A DNA stretch of 64,000 nucleotides, from NCBI GenBank assembly GCA_963662655.2, contig CAXXTU010000002.1, forward strand, positions 2,720,001 to 2,784,000, given 5' to 3'. Each line of letters begins with the position of its first letter. The first letter of the stretch is position 1. The stretch comes from Candidatus Cloacimonadales bacterium. GTDB lineage: Bacteria > Cloacimonadota > Cloacimonadia > Cloacimonadales > JAIOQZ01. Under the pieces are notes generated by a model. That model did no database searches. It was not told where the DNA came from and saw nothing but the letters and a program-made list of their open reading frames with translations. The translations under genes were made by a program, and so were the position numbers. Shown here piece by piece: positions 58,655 through 64,000 of the stretch.

Positions 58655-59320
58655 ATGTCGAAAAAGCTGATCACGATAAGTGACGCGGCAAAGTTTTTGA
58701 AAATTGGTGAAGATGTTGTGCTTGAAATGGCTAAGGCGGGAACGTTTAGCCTGACGAAATCGGGTAAGACAAGCAAGGTCGATAAGCACGAAATTGAAGA
58801 GTGGCTTGCCAACCTTACCGAAAGTGAAGAAGAACATCTTGCTCTGACACGTACGGTATGCCGTTTCATCGATTACTTCAATTCGGAGTACGTTTTTCTG
58901 GATTTCGAGGCGGAAAACAAGTACGAGGCGATTGCCGAGATGTCGAAATTCGCTCGCGAGCTCAAGATTGTCCGCGATCACCGCTGGCTCTACGAGGTCG
59001 TCGTTGCCAGGGAAGAACTGGTCTCGACCGCTATGGGAAAAGGCGTTGCCTTCCTTCATCCTCGCCATATGCATCCAACCAAGATCAAGAAACCTTGTAT
59101 TCTCGTTGGACGCCCGAAAGAGGGTGTTGAATTCGACGCTCCCGACAACAAACCGGTAGAAATTTGTTTTATGCTGCTCCTTCACAACGATAAGCAGCAC
59201 CTTTTCAGCTTGTCATACCTTTCACGGTTCATGATGCAGGATGAAAGCATCCAGAAACTCATCGAAGCCAAGACACAAGAGGAGATCGCCGAAGTACTTA
59301 CGATGAACGCTATCAAGTAG
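58655..59320 (+). CDS. HTH plus PTS EIIA (Ntr/fructose-type) domain protein
   Basis: N-terminal excisionase-like HTH; REELVSTAMGKGVAFLHPR and FDAPDNKPV motifs. Confidence 0.88.
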   Translation: MSKKLITISDAAKFLKIGEDVVLEMAKAGTFSLTKSGKTSKVDKHEIEEWLANLTESEEEHLALTRTVCRFIDYFNSEYVFLDFEAENKYEAIAEMSKFARELKIVRDHRWLYEVVVAREELVSTAMGKGVAFLHPRHMHPTKIKKPCILVGRPKEGVEFDAPDNKPVEICFMLLLHNDKQHLFSLSYLSRFMMQDESIQKLIEAKTQEEIAEVLTMNAIK

Positions 59321-59444
59321 TCGATGCACCGCGATCGATTAACCATCACAATCGTTACAGACAATGATTTGACAACACCGCTATATCAAAAATCCAAATA
59401 ATGAAAGCGCTTCACAAAAACAACAGTTCGATGATGGAGGAGAA

Positions 59445-59897
59445 ATGCCGCAGGTAAGGGTGATCTTGGGAAGTAAATCCGATAAGGAACAGGGTGATAA
59501 AATCAAGGAATATCTGGAAAAATTCGGGATCGAATACGATTTCCACTATTCGTCCGCGCACCGTAAGCCGGACGAAACCGCGATGCTTGCCAAAAGCGCG
59601 GAGAAGGACGGCGTAAAGGTCATTATCGCCGCCGCGGGGATGGCCGCGCACCTTCCGGGCGTGGTTGCGTCGCATACGATTTTGCCGGTTATAGGCGTTC
59701 CGCTGAAAGGCGCGACGCTCGGCGGTGAAGACGCGCTCCTTTCCGTGGTGCAGATGCCCACCGGCGTTCCGGTGGCGACCGTAGCGATCAACGGCGGGAA
59801 GAACGCGGCGATTCTCGCCCTGCAGATTCTCGCCCTCGGCGACAGCGCCATGCGCGAGAAGCTGGTCGCGCTCAAGAAGGAGCTTGCGAAGGGGTAA
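59445..59897 (+). CDS. purE: N5-CAIR mutase
   Basis: GSKSD, SAHR, AGMAAHLPG and VQMPTGVPVATV motifs. Confidence 0.95.
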   Translation: MPQVRVILGSKSDKEQGDKIKEYLEKFGIEYDFHYSSAHRKPDETAMLAKSAEKDGVKVIIAAAGMAAHLPGVVASHTILPVIGVPLKGATLGGEDALLSVVQMPTGVPVATVAINGGKNAAILALQILALGDSAMREKLVALKKELAKG

Positions 59898-59919
59898 GCG
59901 CCGTCGCTAAAAAGTTTTG

Positions 59920-59947
59920 GGGCAGTCGAAAGCGGTTGCCCTTTTTT
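59920..59947 (+). terminator. Intrinsic terminator after purE
   Basis: GGGCAGTCG-AAAG-CGGTTGCCC stem followed by TTTTTT. Confidence 0.8.
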
Positions 59948-60012
59948 AATTTCTTTGACACAATCCGATTCCTTGTTAAAAGTTTGTATATGAAGAAATA
60001 ACGAGGGCCTCC

Positions 60013-61605
60013 ATGAAATACTTATACATAGCCATTTTACTAACAGCCTGCGCACTGCTATTTACTGAAAACCACCTCGACATCGTTTGGGAGCAACAGG
60101 GCGAGCAAGCCAGTGACGATTACGGCTACTATGTTATTGCGCTCGACTTCAATGGTGACGGCATCGATGATCTGGCAGTGAGTGCCAGACGCTATTATCT
60201 CAACGAAAATCACACGAATCAGAAAGGGAAATTATATATATATTTCGGTTCAGACGAAGGCCTTTCCGATGTACCAGACATGACTATCAGTACTCCTTAT
60301 GACTCGACATATTCATCTCAATCTTCATGGGTATTAATATCAAACCTTGGTGATATGAATGGTGATGGTTGTGATGAAATTGGTTACCGTTATCGGCGAA
60401 CTATTTACGATGGAGACTATCATTATTATGGCTATATCAATATCCTTTTAGGAAGTACAGAACAAGACTCGATTCCTGATTACATTTATGATGTATACTA
60501 CTTTGATACCGAAATCAATCCCTTGGGCGATATAAACGGCGACGGTTACGACGATGCAGGGATTACCGAGGATCGTGTCGATACCCTTTCCTATTCCATC
60601 GTCTATGGTGGTAGCTTTGAGAGGGTACCGTTCGTGGATTCTCTCTACACTCGGAACGGAAAGGGATTTCGCGGTCTGGGAGACGTGAATGGCGACGGCT
60701 ATGATGATTTCAGCTACTACTATGAACTCGACTGGGACCAGTACTACAGGCACTATAATCAGTTCTTCTTCGGTGGCCCCACACTCAGCACAACCCCGGA
60801 CCACATATTGGAATTCCTCGCCATTCCCAATTTATGGTATGAGCTTTGGCCTGCCGGCGACTGGAACGGCGACGGCTACGACGATTTCGTGCTCTCAGGC
60901 TACGATGTGGACGAAGAATCCATGACCGCACTCGGCTGTCCCTTATGGCGCGGCGGCGAAACCATTCACTGGGACTGGTATGGGTATATCGAATATTATT
61001 CATTTCTGGAGCCTTCGTACGGTGATTTAAATAACGATGGGAAGGGGGATATTGTAAATCCTTACCACGTTCCAAGCTCAGGGGGGATTATCTATTTTTA
61101 TCTCGGGTGTCAGAACGGTACCTGGGACTATAATAGCGGAAACGGTGAAGATGGATTTGGGGAAGCTTGCTCATATGCTGTGGGAGACTTTGACAACGAC
61201 GGATTCGACGATATCGCTGTGGGTGCACATGGCGATGGTTCGTTGGAGCCATTTCCTTATAACATAGGCGATATTTTCGTGTATGGTGGCCACGCCGGGC
61301 TTGTGGAACAGGATAACGCGACGGAAGATGAGGAAACGGTGCCGGAAACAAGTATAACTTTCAATGCCTACCCAAATCCGTTCAATCCGGAAGTGTCGTT
61401 TGAGATCAAGACGGATAACGAATATCATGATTTGACGATAGAAATCTATAATATACGAGGGCAAAAGGTGGAGACGATTGCGGTCGATCATGCCGGTGAA
61501 ACCGTGACTTGGACACCAAAAGACAAAGCGAGCGGGGTTTACACCTGTAAGCTGTGCGTGGAAAATACAATGCGATCGATAAAAAAAGTAACTTTGTTAA
61601 AATAA
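60013..61605 (+). CDS. FG-GAP (integrin-alpha-like) repeat protein with C-terminal sorting (T9SS-A/FlgD-like) domain
   Basis: Repeated GDxNGDGYDD; AYPNPFNP...IYNIRGQKV...SGVY C-terminus. Confidence 0.88.
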   Translation: MKYLYIAILLTACALLFTENHLDIVWEQQGEQASDDYGYYVIALDFNGDGIDDLAVSARRYYLNENHTNQKGKLYIYFGSDEGLSDVPDMTISTPYDSTYSSQSSWVLISNLGDMNGDGCDEIGYRYRRTIYDGDYHYYGYINILLGSTEQDSIPDYIYDVYYFDTEINPLGDINGDGYDDAGITEDRVDTLSYSIVYGGSFERVPFVDSLYTRNGKGFRGLGDVNGDGYDDFSYYYELDWDQYYRHYNQFFFGGPTLSTTPDHILEFLAIPNLWYELWPAGDWNGDGYDDFVLSGYDVDEESMTALGCPLWRGGETIHWDWYGYIEYYSFLEPSYGDLNNDGKGDIVNPYHVPSSGGIIYFYLGCQNGTWDYNSGNGEDGFGEACSYAVGDFDNDGFDDIAVGAHGDGSLEPFPYNIGDIFVYGGHAGLVEQDNATEDEETVPETSITFNAYPNPFNPEVSFEIKTDNEYHDLTIEIYNIRGQKVETIAVDHAGETVTWTPKDKASGVYTCKLCVENTMRSIKKVTLLK

Positions 61606-61666
61606 TAGAATGTTTTATACTTTAACCCTTTTTCAAGCAAACTCATGTATTATTTGGAGGGCCTCC

Positions 61667-63253
61667 ATGAAATACTTATACATAGCCATTTTACTAACAG
61701 CCTGCGCACTGCTATTTACTGAAAACCACCTTGACATCGTATGGGAGCAACAAGGCGAACAGCCAAGCGATGATTATGGTTTCTATGTCATTTCACTCGA
61801 TTTCAACGGTGACGGTATTAACGATTTAGCGGTGAGCGCTAAACGTTATCATGTTGATCCAGAAAATACAACATATAGTGGAAAGCTATATGTTTATTTC
61901 GGATCTGAAACTGGGCTTTCGACCATGCCTGATTTAACCGCATCCACTCCAGTGGATACAACATTCCTTAATATCTGGAGATTTGAACAAATTAACAATC
62001 TTGGCGACATGAATGGCGACGGATGTGATGATATCGGATTCAAATATCTTGAAAGAAGCGTAGATGATCCCTATAATCCTTATAGGTGTATGAAGATATT
62101 GCTCGGTAATACTGAGCAAGACACAATCCCTGATTTTGAATTCGAGGTTAACGACTCAGTTTGTGAAATCAACCCATTGGGCGATATCAACGGTGATGGT
62201 TACGACGATGCAGGGATTACCGAAGATAATGGTCCTGTCTCCTACTATATCGTCTATGGCGGCAGCTTCGAGAAAGTATCCTTCGTAGATAGTGTTTACA
62301 CACGCAATGGACGCGGCTTTCGAGGCTTGGGAGACGTAAACGGTGACGGATACGATGACTTCAGTTATTATTATGAACTCGACTGGGATGGTACCTACTA
62401 TCGTCATTACAACTGCTTCTTCTATGGCGCTCCTACTCTTAGTACATCTCCAGACCATGTTCTTGAATTTCTCGCCATTCCGAATCTTTGGTACGAACTT
62501 TGGCCTGCCGGTGACTGGGATGGTGATGGCTATGATGATTTCGTAATCTCAGGTTATGATGTGGACGAAGAATCCATGACCGCGATCGGTTGTCCCTTAT
62601 GGCGAGGCGGCGAGACCATTCACTGGGATTGGTACGGTTATATCGAGTATTATTCTGCCTTAATGCCGTCATTTGGTGACCTCAACAACGACGGTAAAGG
62701 AGACATCGTAAACCCTTATCATATCTCAGGTGCAGGAGGGATCATTTATTTCTACTTGGGCGATCAAAATGGAACCATGGATTATCATCGAGGTACTACT
62801 GAACAAGGTTTTGGTGAGATTGACTCTTATGCAGTAGGAGACTTCGACAACGACGGTTATGATGATATTGCCGTTGGTGCGTATGGAAATGGCAGCAACT
62901 ATAACACGAATTGGGGCTATGTTTACGTTTATGGCGGACATGATAACCTGGTAGAGCAAGATCAGGACGCAACGGATGACGAAACCGTACCGCCTACGGA
63001 CATCACCTTCAATGCATACCCCAATCCATTTAACCCGGAAATATCGTTCGAGATAAAAATGAACCATGAGCTTCATGACGTAAAGATTGAAATTTATAAT
63101 ATACGAGGGCAAAGACTCGTTACGATACCTGTCAGCATAACACACGATACCATAACTTGGGATGCCGAAAATTATGCCAGTGGCGTCTATTTCTGCAAAC
63201 TCAATGCCGGAAGGAAAATATTACAGACAAGGAAGGTGACATTGATGAAGTGA
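61667..63253 (+). CDS. FG-GAP repeat protein, tandem paralogue of 60013-61605
   Basis: Same architecture; ATG at 61667 assigned by identity with the first copy. Confidence 0.88.
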   Translation: MKYLYIAILLTACALLFTENHLDIVWEQQGEQPSDDYGFYVISLDFNGDGINDLAVSAKRYHVDPENTTYSGKLYVYFGSETGLSTMPDLTASTPVDTTFLNIWRFEQINNLGDMNGDGCDDIGFKYLERSVDDPYNPYRCMKILLGNTEQDTIPDFEFEVNDSVCEINPLGDINGDGYDDAGITEDNGPVSYYIVYGGSFEKVSFVDSVYTRNGRGFRGLGDVNGDGYDDFSYYYELDWDGTYYRHYNCFFYGAPTLSTSPDHVLEFLAIPNLWYELWPAGDWDGDGYDDFVISGYDVDEESMTAIGCPLWRGGETIHWDWYGYIEYYSALMPSFGDLNNDGKGDIVNPYHISGAGGIIYFYLGDQNGTMDYHRGTTEQGFGEIDSYAVGDFDNDGYDDIAVGAYGNGSNYNTNWGYVYVYGGHDNLVEQDQDATDDETVPPTDITFNAYPNPFNPEISFEIKMNHELHDVKIEIYNIRGQRLVTIPVSITHDTITWDAENYASGVYFCKLNAGRKILQTRKVTLMK

Positions 63254-63306
63254 GCCTCTCAACAGAGTTGAAGCATGTATCGAAGGATGGCAGGGAAGTA
63301 GGATCG

Positions 63307-64000
63307 CTATTCCTCTTCCACCGTTTCACGTGAAACCTGAGTGGTGTCGGGAATCTCCGGCTGCGAAATGGGCTCCGGTTTCCTCACGCTGAACATTCCC
63401 GGTTGCTCGCGGCGGAAATCCCTGATCCAGCGAAGCGTCTGGTAGTAGTGGTTGGAAGCGTGCCACAGCATGTAGCCGTCCGCACCGGCCTCATGTATCG
63501 CCGCAATCTGCGACCTGACATACTCCGGCTCGTAATGAACCTTCCATCCGTTTGCCTGGATGTACGGCACCACGCGACAATCGGGATCGCTATTCTGCAT
63601 CGCTTTCACGGTTCCCTGGAAAACAATCTGGAACGGCTCGTTCTCCACGTTCTTGCGGAAGTTGAATCCCGAGAAGAAGTGCGAGGAATAGAGCATGGGG
63701 TGTATCTTGTGCAGGTGCTTCGTCATGCGGGAAAGTTTCTGGCCGGTATTGGCGATATCCACCTTGCCCTGCCACGCGACGATGGCGAACACGTCCGCCG
63801 TCAGTTTGACTCCATGTCTGTCGCAAACCTTCCGGCAGTTGGCCACCACCTCTTCGATGATGTCCTCTTTCTGCCTCATCACGGCGGTTGAATCGCGCTC
63901 CATGCGCTCCATATCTTCGATCTGGAACGCGAACAGGGCGGAGTCAGCGCCACCCTGTGTGGGGAAGCGGATGTAGTCCATCTGAATCTCATCCACTCCG
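63307..64000 (-). CDS. Putative glycoside hydrolase (DUF4015-like), 5' end outside window
   Basis: DEIQMDYIRFP, ADVF, PMLYSSHF and GYMLW...Y motifs. Confidence 0.75.
   Translation of the reverse strand, partial: GVDEIQMDYIRFPTQGGADSALFAFQIEDMERMERDSTAVMRQKEDIIEEVVANCRKVCDRHGVKLTADVFAIVAWQGKVDIANTGQKLSRMTKHLHKIHPMLYSSHFFSGFNFRKNVENEPFQIVFQGTVKAMQNSDPDCRVVPYIQANGWKVHYEPEYVRSQIAAIHEAGADGYMLWHASNHYYQTLRWIRDFRREQPGMFSVRKPEPISQPEIPDTTQVSRETVEEE
63322..63337. other. parS: parS site
   Basis: CGTTTCACGTGAAACC. Confidence 0.8.

Overview
Chromosomal window next to the replication origin of an anaerobic diderm bacterium. The surface-protein repertoire suggests Candidatus Cloacimonadota, which is an inference. 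1-3.8 kb holds fumarate reductase-like Fe-S and flavoprotein subunits and a malic enzyme. About 4.03-38.97 kb is a ~35 kb Mu-like (DDE-transposase) prophage. It encodes an S24 CI-like repressor, a Ner-like gene, a MuA-type transposase, a short MuB/TnsC-like ATPase, a tandem-wHTH gene, terminase, MuF, a PBSX-type portal, a fused protease-capsid, a siphovirus-like tail module and two Dam-like methyltransferases. It also carries lower-GC cargo: a frameshifted giant surface protein, a type III R-M system, and a propeller plus NlpC/P60 pair that replaces most of the tape-measure gene. The right end lies just downstream of a tRNA-Val pair. Beyond it are LPS/EPS genes, dnaA with a clear oriC, four parS sites, housekeeping genes and two FG-GAP paralogues. 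The most striking signal is at the prophage ends. The right terminus is a stack of mostly progressively shorter copies of its own last bases (49, 27, 8, 6, 2, then 11 bp) ending 33 bp from tRNA-Val. A 91%-identical 134-bp copy of the right end abuts the left end, with a candidate GTCAC/GTCAT target duplication. This looks like a record of repeated insertion at one site, suggesting a site-targeted (Tn7-like) transposable phage; the tandem-wHTH gene after the ATPase is a candidate target selector. Also notable are a four-helix-bundle gene cassette bracketed by inverted 7-bp repeat arrays and an in-frame palindromic ~99-bp insertion in a methyltransferase.
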